From Octopus sinensis (Eukaryota), in NCBI RefSeq assembly GCF_006345805.1, contig NW_021824626.1:1-17925 (forward strand): a DNA stretch of 17,925 nucleotides, given 5' to 3'. Under the pieces are notes generated by a model. That model saw only the letters and a list, made by a program, of their open reading frames with translations, did no database searches and had not been told where the DNA came from. The position numbers and the translations under genes are program-made. Positions 8,483-17,925 of this stretch are shown one piece after another. Within the stretch, counting starts at the first letter, position 1. Every line of letters begins with the position of its first letter.

Positions 8483-8651
8483 TCTACTATAGCCTCGGGC
8501 CGACCAAAGCCTTGTTAGTGGATTTGGTAGACGGAAACTGAAAGAAGCCCGTCGTGTACATATGTATGTGTGTGTGTGTGTTTGTCTCACACCACCATTT
8601 GACAACCGATATTGGTCTGTTTACGTCCCTTCGCGGTTCGGCAAAAGAGTC
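8483..8651 (+). mobile_element. SINE family A, internal fragment, head-to-head with the previous copy
   Basis: TCTACTATAGCCTCGGGCCGACCAAAGCC...GGTTCGGCAAAAGAG. Confidence 0.88.
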
Positions 8652-8740
8652 CAGTGCATAACTGGTACTTATTTTATCGACCCGAAAGGATGAAAGATAA
8701 AGTCGACCTCAGCAGAATTTGGACTAGGAGCGTAGCGACG
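8651..8740 (-). mobile_element. SINE family B fragment
   Basis: ACTGGTACTTATTTTATCGACCCGAAAGGATGAAAGATAAAGTCGACCTC is the reverse complement of the family B central module. Confidence 0.8.
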
Positions 8741-8819
8741 GGCGAAATGCAACAATAATAAGAAGAAGTATCATGCAGTGTCTCTCATGGCTTCCGATAT
8801 TAATTGTTTGGAAGCATGG

Positions 8820-8900
8820 TCTAAAGGACGGGCTACAGCAAATATTCTACCCAATATCACCAATACCACAGATCTGATTTTCAGTTGCTTGACTTTAGCT
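8820..8900 (+). repeat. Possible fragment of another Octopus interspersed repeat
   Basis: ACAGCAAATATTCT...AATACCACAGAT...CAGTTGCTTGAC resembles a repeat recalled from Octopus sequence. There is no second copy in the window, so this is recall only. Confidence 0.3.
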
Positions 8901-9689
8901 ATCTGGTTGGGAAGAAAGCCTCTTACCATAAAAGGAATGCCTATATGACATTCTGGATTTCCAACTCAACGTAGATATATTATAGAAAGCCCCCAAAGCT
9001 GCGGTATTTGTCTCGAGTAAGCATCGTCTATTGAAGACGTATAGTGCTAAAAAGCCCAGAATTACATCAGCAGCGGACGAAAAAAGCGTCCAACACCAGC
9101 GGTGGACTTTCTAAATCTCGTGATGTCCTCAGCAAGCGTAGAAAAAAAGATAGAAGATCCTGGAAGGTCCAGTTCGTAGCTTTGGGATTGAAAGTTATAC
9201 CAACCGAAGGAAACTAAACGCCACTGCATAGTACCAAAGATCCTACATTCTTCATTAGAAGCAAGGACCCGTTGCTATAACAACTTAGCTTTCAGAGGTT
9301 CTACGGCATCCCAGTATCGAAAAACAGAAAAAAACCCCACAAAAACAAAAATCTACGAGGGCGGCGCTGTGATGGTGATGGCGAGAGGATAACAACGATG
9401 ATGATGATGGTGATGATGATGATGACTTTGGCATCAGTCATCCAGAATTCCTCTAAGACTAATTTTCACAGTAAACGCCCTGGAAGTGACCCTTGTTTCG
9501 TATCTGTCAAGAAACGCCTTACAACACGCACGCACACACATAGGCATATATGTATATATACCCACACACACACACACACACAGGTGTATGTTCACAACTC
9601 CGATGTACATAGTCAACGCTTAAAGTGCGTTCAGTAAGGCCTTCCTGAGATGTGTGTATAATATATATAAATTTATATAGATGGATATA

Positions 9690-10311
<622 letters not shown>

Positions 10312-10669
10312 AAGGGGAATTTTTCTGTGAATGTGTTCACAAGGAATGTATCTTTACAAAAAGCATGAGGTGATACGACCGTCCCTCTTCCGGGTGGAAG
10401 TGACACAAACATCGGTTATAAGGACATCAAAACAGCATAGCATTTATGAATACCCTTACCCGAGTGCAGGTACGTGTCTGTGTGTGTTTATGGGAAGGTG
10501 TGGCTGGAAGAGTTTTTTATTTTGCATCAAGATTTCCAATACGGGTGGGGATAATACGGGTGGGGATAATGACACAAGAATTGTAAGGTGGATCAAATTT
10601 TATATGGTAATATATGCACCATTGGTACTTGAAATCGATGCGTAAGCGAGTTATAGACTCATAAATGCA

Positions 10670-10679
10670 TATATATATA

Positions 10680-10743
<64 letters not shown>
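10670..10743. repeat. (TA)n microsatellite
   Basis: Directly visible. Confidence 0.95.
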
Positions 10744-10746
<3 letters not shown>

Positions 10747-11046
10747 AATTATTATTATTTGAGGGAAAAAAATCTAAACTTACAAGGAAAGAATTCAATT
10801 TAGAAATACTCAAACAAATTTCACACAATATAATATATATATATAAAAAATTAGAAAAAAATCACCTTTTATCAATTCAAAATGAACAATTTAATTACAC
10901 CATCTAGAAAATTACATATAATCGAAATATTAAAATCAAAATAACAATAAAATGTCAATGATTAAGTAAAGTGCAAAAAAAAATTATAAAAACGTATATA
11001 TATATATAAATGGAGTTAAACGCTGGTGTTATTCAAATTCTTTTAT

Positions 11047-11131
11047 TTCCGACACGTGTTTCGAAGATATCATTGGCATTATTCCAAAGGAATAAAATGG
11101 TGTAAAACAATGTGATCTTCTCTTCGGGGAA
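11047..11131 (-). ncRNA. Minimal type I hammerhead ribozyme with long stem II and U4C core variant
   Basis: Minus strand: UUCC-CCGAAGA-GAAGAUCACAUUG-[loop]-CAAUGAUAUCUUC-GAAA-C-ACGU-G-UC-GGAA. Stem I is 4 bp, stem II pairs 11 of 13, and stem III has a palindromic ACGU loop. Predicted cleavage between 11051 and 11050. Confidence 0.68.
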
Positions 11132-11339
11132 GTGAAGAAGTGAAACTCGTCAATATGATATTTTAACAGAAAATGATGGATATGTATAGTGATTAACTGA
11201 AAAAAACATGTTATAGGATATAACGTCAAAGGTAGCTTTTAGAAAGAGGAGGGATAAAGGAAAGAAAAACTAAATAGGTGAAAGGTATATGACTATACGT
11301 ATATTAAATAAAACCATATAGAGTTGGAAGAATATATAT

Positions 11340-11653
11340 CTAGTGTCTAGATATATACCTACATATACATGTATATATACATGTACATGTGTGTATGCAT
11401 ATACACATATATATATATATATACATACATACAGATATACACATACATATACACATACATACATACATATATACATACATACATAATATATACATACATA
11501 TATACATATATATACATACATACATATATACATATATATATACATACATATATATATACATACATATATACATACATACATATATACATACATATATATA
11601 TACATACATATATACATACATACATATATACATACATATATATATATACATAC

Positions 11654-11684
<31 letters not shown>

Positions 11685-12115
11685 CATATATACATACATA
11701 TGTACATGCATACATATATATGTACGTGCATACATATATAAGTACATACATATATATACATACACACACATATATATATACATATATATACATATATATA
11801 CATACATCCATATACATATACATACATATACACATACATACATCCATATATATGCATACATATATATACATACATCCATATACATACTTACATATACACA
11901 TACATATATATATACATACATACACACATGCACATACATACATAAATACACGCATACATATGCATGAATATGTATATATTTGTACATATATACATACAAA
12001 TATATACATATACCTACATATAGATACACAGATACAGGCGTACATACATACGTACATATATACAGACACAGCCATATATGGATATTTACGCACAGACACA
12101 CAGACATACATAGAT
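11340..12115. repeat. Long (TA)/(TACA) low-complexity tract
   Basis: Directly visible; generates the 190-340 aa Y/I/T/H and V/C/M ORFs. Confidence 0.95.
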
Positions 12116-12370
12116 ACACAACAAACAACACAATTAATTTCGCTTTTTGTCTTTCCAGAATTTTCTTCTCCTTTTTTCCGTTCCTTACATAAAAATAGTT
12201 TCGTACTTTTCCACGGATTTCTAATTGGTTTCGGATCGTATTTAACGGATCGATAAATTGTTTTTTCAGTCAACGGAAGTAGCAGCAACGCGAACAACAA
12301 CAGCAAAAACAACAACGGTGACAATAGCGAACGTACCAACGAAGGATCTAGTGCATTGTGGAGTTTTATG

Positions 12371-12838
12371 CTAGAAATAGCAGCCAAATCTCCCTAAAAT
12401 CTCACCCTACTGTCTTATCTATCTATGTATGTATGTGTGTATGAGCCAATGAGGGAGACCTCTACATGGTAGCTAGACCTGGTAGAAATAGCAGCCAAAT
12501 CTCCCTCAAATCATACCCTACTCTCTTATCTATGTATATATGTATGTATGAGCCGATGAGGGAAACCTCTACATGGTAGCTAGACCTGGTAGAAATAGCA
12601 GCCAAATCTCCCTCAAATCACACCCTACTCTCTTATCTATGTATATATGTATGTATGAGCCAACGAGGGAGACTTCTACATGGTAGCTAGACCTGGTAGA
12701 AATAGCAACGAAATCTCCCTCAAATCACACCCTACTCTCTTATCTATGTATATATGTATGTGTGAGTCAATAAGGGAGACCTCTACATGGTAGCTAGACT
12801 TGGTTGAAATAGCAACCAAATCACTTCAAATCAAACCA
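12371..12838 (+). repeat. Tandem array of a 107-bp unit (4 full copies plus a partial; first unit 111 bp)
   Basis: TAGAAATAGCAGCCAAATCTCCCTCAAATCACACCCTAC... restarts at 12372, 12483, 12590, 12697 and 12804. Confidence 0.95.
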
Positions 12839-13463
12839 AAGGATGGCACGTATGAATCATGAAGCCACCTTGAGCATGATCCTATGAACCCGGAAAAATT
12901 TGAAACAGAGAGTTACTTACTTGCAAATAAATGTGTTAGCATGTGACATTATTGACCGAGGTTACCGTGGTCTTTTCCGTAGGCTTTTCTTTCCACAGAT
13001 AAACCTTATCTGCTTCCCCCTTTACACTTTATATCATGACATTTCTGTGACCCACGATCCCTATTGGTCGTTTTTTTTTCTTTCCTTTTTACGATCCCTT
13101 TCGATCGAAAGTCTAGCCTACGTTTTTCTCCCCCCCCCCCCAAAAAAAAGAAAAGCTCTACTTTGTAATTTGTCCCCTCTGTGTTCATCCCTGTGTGGCT
13201 AATAAATGGGGTCACGAAGCGAAATTATGGGGTCACGAAAATTGAATTCAAACACAGGAATTTCTGTCTATATGTTATTTTACAAATGCACAAATCCTAA
13301 AACTATCTTTTATTTTGACGAATGATACAGCGAACTCAAAACGTCTCTCGGCCGTAAGTATATTATTACAAAACAAATACTTCCAAGAATGTATAAGACT
13401 ACAAAAGTATATATTAGACTTTACAAGAATTTTAAAAACTTTATAAGAAGTATTAAAAGTGTG

Positions 13464-13896
13464 CTCTTTTACTCTTTTACTCTTTTACTTGTTTCAGTCA
13501 TTTGACTGCGGCCATGCTGGAGCACCGCCTTCTTTAGTCGAGCAAATCGACCCCGGGACTTATTCTTTTGTAAGCCCAGTACTTATTCTATCGGTCTCTT
13601 TTGCCGAACCGCTAAGTGACGGGGACGTAAACACACCAGCATCGGTTGTCAAGCAATGCTAGGGGGACAAACACAGACACACAAACACACACAAACATAC
13701 ATGCACACACACATATATATATATATATATACATATATACGACGGGCTTCTTTCAGTTTCCGTTTACCAAATCCACTCACAAGGCTTTGGTCAGCCCGAG
13801 GCTATAGCAGAAGACACTTGCCCAAGGTGCCACGCAGTGGGACTGAACCCTGAACCACGTGGTTGGTTAGCAAGCTACTTACCACACAGCCACTCC
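13464..13896 (-). mobile_element. SINE family A, full length
   Basis: Head (rc GGAGTGGCTGTGTGGTAAG) ends at 13896, B-box rc at ~13840-13849, central TA/CA tract, (CTCTTTTA)n tail at 13464. Confidence 0.93.
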
Positions 13897-13948
13897 TGGT
13901 CCTTCATTTTCAATACATAAGTTGACTCTTCTACACTTGTTTTGAAAT

Positions 13949-14838
13949 ACATCCTGGAGAGTCTGACGCGGTATGGACCGTGTAAAGGTTAGGACTGCGT
14001 CTTTTAGCTCATTAATGGTTTTCGGGCGATTCTTGTACATTGACCCTTTACTTGTTCTCCAGAAAAATTTTTTAAAAAAGTCTGGCGGTGTTAAATAAGG
14101 TGATTTTGGGGGCCAAATTCCCTTCGAAATAATCCGTTCACCGAAAAAAAATCTTGAAAAAAAAAAATTTCACTGCGGTGGGACGATTTGAACACGCAAC
14201 CACTTTTTAAAAATTATCTATATTACTCTTTACTCTTTTACTTGTTTCAGTCATTTGAGTGCGACCATGCTGGAGCACCGCCTTTAATCGATCAACTCGA
14301 CCCCAGGACTTATTCTTTTGTAAACCCAGTACTTATTCTATCGGTCCCTTTTGCCGAACCGCTAAGTAACGGGGACATAAACACACCAGCATCGGTTGTC
14401 AAGCAATGCTAGGGGGACAAACACAGACACACAAACACACACGCACACACACACACACACATATACATATATACGACGGGCTTCTTTCAGTTTCCGTCTA
14501 CCAAGTTTCCGTCTGGGGGACAAGTAAAGGGGCAATGTACGGGACACGCATGTAAACCATTTTTTACTGAATAATATAGATAAATTTTAAAAAGTGGTTG
14601 CGTGTTCAAATCGTCTCACCGCAGTGAATTATTTTTTAAAGATTTTTTCGGCGAACGGATTATTTCGAAGGGACTTTAGCCGCCTGGGTCATCTGATTTA
14701 ATACCACCAGACATTTTTTTTTTTCTGGGGAACAAGTAAAGGGTCAATGTACAGAAATTGCACGTAAACCATTAATGAGCTAAAAGACGCAATACTAATC
14801 TTCACACGATCCCTACCGCGTCAGACCCTCCAAAATGT
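13949..14838. mobile_element. Foldback/MITE-like element with ~270-bp inverted arms (13949-14224 and 14573-14838)
   Basis: The arms align as reverse complements throughout (e.g. GCGTCTTTTAGCTCATTAATGGTTT; CCCTTCGAAATAATCCGTTC; GATTTGAACACGCAACCACTTTT). A third partial arm copy is at 14513-14560. No TSD is discernible and the superfamily is unassigned. Confidence 0.75.
14225..14504 (-). mobile_element. SINE family A, 3' two-thirds, nested between the foldback arms
   Basis: The tail abuts the left arm. The truncation point carries a duplicated AGTTTCCGTCT (14489-14499, 14504-14514). Confidence 0.9.
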
Positions 14839-14931
14839 GTGTGGTGTATCTGTGTTTGTCCGCCCCACCATCGCTTAACAAACATTGTTAGAGTGTTTAC
14901 GTCCCCGTAATTAAGCGATTCGGCAAAAGAG
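14839..14931 (+). mobile_element. SINE family A, diverged internal fragment
   Basis: TGTGTTTGTCC...CCATCGCTTAAC...GTTTACGTCCCCGTAA...CGGCAAAAGAG. Confidence 0.8.
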
Positions 14932-14961
14932 GCAGAGAGAGAAAAAAAAAACCTAAATAAT

Positions 14962-15355
14962 GGAGTGGCTGTGTGGTAAGTAGCTTGCTAACTAACCACA
15001 TGGTTCCGGGTTCAGTCCCACTGCGTGGCATCTTGGGCAGGTGTCTTCTGCTATAGCCCCGGGCCGACCAATACCTTGTGAGTGGATTTGGTAGACGGAA
15101 ACTGAAAGAAGCCTGTCGTATATATGCATATATATATAAATGTTTGTGTTTGTGTTTGTCCCCCTAGCATTGCTTGACAACTGATGCTGGTGTGTTTACG
15201 TCCCCGTCACTTAGCAGTTCGGCAAAACAGACCGATAGAATAAGTACTGGGCTTACAAAGAATAAGTCCCGGGGTTGATTTGCTCGACTAAAAAAGGTGG
15301 TGCTCCAGCATGGCCGCAGTTAAAATGGCTGAAACAAGTAAAAGAGTAAAAGAGT
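14962..15355 (+). mobile_element. SINE family A, full length (reference copy in this window)
   Basis: A-box-like TGGCTGTGTGG near the 5' end, B-box GGTTCAGTCCC 15009-15019, central TA/TG tract, (AAAGAGTA)n tail. Confidence 0.93.
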
Positions 15356-15483
15356 AATAAGTACCAGGCTTACAAACAATAAGTCCTGGGTTCGTTTTGT
15401 TCGACTAAAGGGCGGTGCTCCAGCAGGGCCGTAGTCAATGACTGAAACAAGTAAAAGAATAAAAGATGAATAGAGTAAAAGAA
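15356..15483 (+). mobile_element. SINE family A, extra 3'-end copy in tandem
   Basis: AATAAGTACCAGGCTTACAAA...GGCGGTGCTCCAGC...TGACTGAAACAAGTAAAAGA. Confidence 0.85.
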
Positions 15484-15570
15484 CGAGAGACGGCAGAAGC
15501 CTGAATGTATAAGTTTATGTTGGCGGAGACCCAGATAGACGGAGGTAGCAAGACAGAGCAGATCCTACAT

Positions 15571-15831
15571 CAGGGGTTGGTTCCCAGCCGTTTTTTTTTT
15601 GCTTATGGGCCCCTGTTAATTCCTATTTTATTTTTCTGGACTTCTGTTAGCCATGTAAGGAATGTACAGAAAATTGCTGCTTTATTTGTATGATTAAATA
15701 TTATTAGAAATTGTGTAAAAAAAAATACAATTGTTCAAATATTTGTGTATCGTTGAATAGCGAATTCATTTTAAAAGCAAAATAGTATGTGGACCCTGAA
15801 GGGTTAGATGGAATCCGATTGAGGGCAACTG
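15571..15831. mobile_element. Possible old non-autonomous hAT-like element
   Basis: CAG...CTG ends with GGGCCCC/GGACCC subterminal motifs reminiscent of hAT MITEs. TIRs are degenerate and the putative 8-bp TSD matches only 4 of 8 (TCCTACAT/ATTTAGAT). Confidence 0.3.
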
Positions 15832-16259
15832 ATTTAGATAGACGGACAGATAGACGGACCGAGATATAGACGGATAGACAGACAGACAGACGGATAGATA
15901 GGCAGATAGATGGAGAGATAGACAGACAGACTGAGAGATAGACAGATAGATAGACAGACAGATAGACGGAGATATAGACAAACAGACGGATAGATAGACA
16001 GACAGACAGATAAACAGACAGACAGACAGACAGAGAAACAGACGGATAGACAGACAGACAAATAAACAGACAGACAGATAGATAAACAAACAGACAGACA
16101 GACAGATAGACAGACAGATAGACAGACAGAGAGACAGACAGATAGACAGACAGAGAGACAGACAGATAGATAGACAGACAGATAGATAGACAGAGAGAGA
16201 GACAGAGAGAGAGACAGATAGATAGATAGATAGACAGATAGATAGACAGAGAGACAGAC

Positions 16260-16352
<93 letters not shown>

Positions 16353-16503
16353 CAGATAGATAGACAGACAGACAGATAGACGAATGGACAGACAAACAGA
16401 TGGAAAGATAGACGGACGAATAGATAGATAGACGGATGGACAGACAGACAGATCGAGAGACAAATAGACAGACAGACGTATATACATATACATATATATA
16501 TAT
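15832..16503. repeat. (GATA)n/(GACA)n satellite ending in (TA)n
   Basis: Directly visible. Confidence 0.95.
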
Positions 16504-16796
16504 TGTCATGTTTCGATTCGATCTTAATAAACAAAGATTTTTAGAGTTAAAATTATACATTGTCAATTCCATATCCAGGGGTTCGTTTCCGGTTATAAAC
16601 ATCCCAGCGAAACTTTGAAATATTAAATGCCACGGATGATTTCGCCTTTGTCCGTGTGTCACTTAAAGTTTCACACTCCCGCCTGTTTCTGTCTATTTAT
16701 TAACGACCCTACTGCATACTCTGGCATACATTGGTACTTTGCATTTGGTATAACAGCACAATGTGGAAACGTTGTATTTCCTTCTTTAACAAAACC

Positions 16797-17530
16797 ATGT
16801 CTCAAGCATTTGTCTTATGAAGAAAGGCTGAGGACGCTCGACCTTTATTCTCTAGAAAAACGCCGCCGCCGTGGTGATCTCATTCTTGCTCACAACATCA
16901 TAAACGGAAAGTGTAACCTCTCGAAAGAGCTGTTCTTCACTCCTGCTCCAGAGCGTCGGCTGCGGGGGTCACTCCGATAAGCTCTATCTGCAACGATTTC
17001 ATCTCAATCGAAGGAGAGGGGCTTTCTCCGTCCGGGTTGCGGATCCGTGGAATAAGCTGCCGGACGAGATAGTGAAGATGGCGACGACCGCTCGGTTCAA
17101 AGTCTCCCTTGACCACAAGTGGCCTGAACTCTTTACATGAACACCACCCTGTACATAACTCCATGTCCCCCTAGATGCCACCGTGGTGATCTCATTCTTG
17201 CTCACAACATCATAAACGGAAAGTGTAACCTCTCGAAAGAGCTGACTTCACTCCTGCTCCAGAGCGTCGGCTGCGGGGGTCACTCCGAAAAGCTCTATCT
17301 GCGACGATTTCATCTCAATCAAAGGAGAGGGGCTTTCTCCGTCCGGGTTGCGGATCCGTGGAATAAGCTGCCGGACGAGATAGTGAAGATGGCGACGACC
17401 GCTCGGTTCAAAGTCTCCCTTGACCACAAGTGGCCTGAACTCTTTACATGAACACCACCCTGTACATAACTCCATGTCCCCCTACATGGCCTTGCTTTTT
17501 GCTTTTTGAGCCCAAAAATTAACTAACTAA
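16797..17530 (+). mobile_element. 5'-truncated CR1-type LINE 3' end with ~311-bp tandem duplication
   Basis: LKHLSYEERLRTLDLYSLEKRRRRGDLI...RG[fs]HS.KL...FSVRVADPWNKLP is typical of the CR1-clade ORF2 C-terminus. 16869-17173 is repeated at 17181-17484, followed by a short 3' UTR and an (AACT)n tail at 17521-17530. Confidence 0.92.
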
Positions 17531-17551
17531 AACCATTTTTTATTTTTTCAT

Positions 17552-17602
17552 TTTTATCTAGTTTCAGCTCACAAGCTGTGGCCATGCTGGGGCACCGCCA
17601 TT
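17552..17602 (-). mobile_element. SINE family A-related 3' tail fragment
   Basis: GTTTCAGCTC...GGCCATGCTGGGGCACCGCC matches the family A tail. Confidence 0.7.
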
Positions 17603-17614
17603 AGAAAATCCTGA

Positions 17615-17686
17615 AGGTGACACCCGTGTTCGAGCCGGGGTCTTCCCGCTTTGCAGTCGAATGCTCTACCACTGAGCTATATCCCC
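17615..17686 (-). tRNA. tRNA-Cys: tRNA-Cys(GCA), probably a pseudogene
   Basis: GGGGATATAGCTCAGTGGTAGAGCATTCGACTGCAAAGCGGGAAGACCCCGGCTCGAACACGGGTGTCACCT is 72 nt with a perfect D-arm and GCA anticodon (17654-17652). The acceptor, anticodon and T stems have one mismatch each, and the T-loop is CTCGAAC. No encoded CCA; TTTT lies downstream at 17608-17605. Confidence 0.8.
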
Positions 17687-17925
17687 AAACCTGCGACTAT
17701 ATCCCCAAACCATATATATACATAATTTGAAAAGTATATATACGCATAATTTGAACATATATAATTTGAACGTGTAATTTAAACAGAGAGAAAAGCTGAA
17801 AAGCAAAGACAAAAAGACACTTCACCTACCATTCTATAATTTAGTTTCTTCCTCCCAGGAGTTTGTGTCTCGATTTTCAATAATTTCTGATTCCTTCTGT
17901 GTATAAATGTCCCATAATTGTAATT

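Noticed and set aside
10375-10425. Weak similarity to SINE family A on the minus strand
   Set aside because: Too short and diverged to call.
10538-10567. 15-bp tandem duplication AATACGGGTGGGGAT
   Set aside because: Simple local slippage; two G-rich units are too few for a convincing G-quadruplex.
11142-11151. Plus-strand GAAACTCGTC resembling a hammerhead 3' half
   Set aside because: No upstream CUGANGA with a stem II in register and no stem I.
12140-12365. Acceptor-like pyrimidine tracts followed by an Asn/Ser- or Thr-rich frame
   Set aside because: The composition comes from (AAC)/(AGC) triplet repeats; no donor or homology evidence.
11270-12387. Longest ORFs (190-342 aa), and similar ones at 2356-2856, 3023-4000, 6894-7826, 9519-10412 and 15704-16662
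   Set aside because: Translations of TA/CA/GATA microsatellites that lack stops in some frames; dipeptide and tetrapeptide repeats only.
12371-12838. CRISPR-like array
   Set aside because: The whole 107-bp unit is repeated with no unique spacers, there are no cas genes, and the context is eukaryotic.
13040-13245. GTGACCC/GGGGTCAC motifs and a 13-bp direct repeat (ATGGGGTCACGAA) suggestive of an old hAT MITE
   Set aside because: Could not define TIRs, ends or a TSD.
13459-15180. ORFs such as FQSFDCGHAGAPP...ASVVKQC seen in several places
   Set aside because: Recurrent translations of SINE family A, not a gene family.

Overview
Repeat-saturated, gene-poor eukaryotic DNA, most likely an intron or intergenic region of an octopus (coleoid cephalopod) genome. 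That assignment rests on two tRNA-derived SINE families that match, from memory, abundant Octopus SINEs, and on the very high microsatellite density; no database search was run. No intact host protein-coding gene is supportable, and nearly all long ORFs in the track are microsatellite translations. Recognisable elements are an RTE LINE 3' fragment, an R4/Dong-like LINE 3' end in (TAA)n, a non-autonomous Helitron, a full-length but dead DD34D mariner, a tandemly duplicated CR1-type LINE 3' end, many SINE copies, a foldback element, a 107-bp tandem array and a degenerate tRNA-Cys. The most interesting signal is a set of minimal type I hammerhead-ribozyme motifs from three unrelated small elements lying next to (TA)n tracts. 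One sits in a 355-nt unit with 120-bp terminal redundancy, the architecture expected of a Penelope-like/retrozyme insertion. A near-concentric inverted structure of about 1.9 kb (13464-15355) is a candidate long dsRNA.
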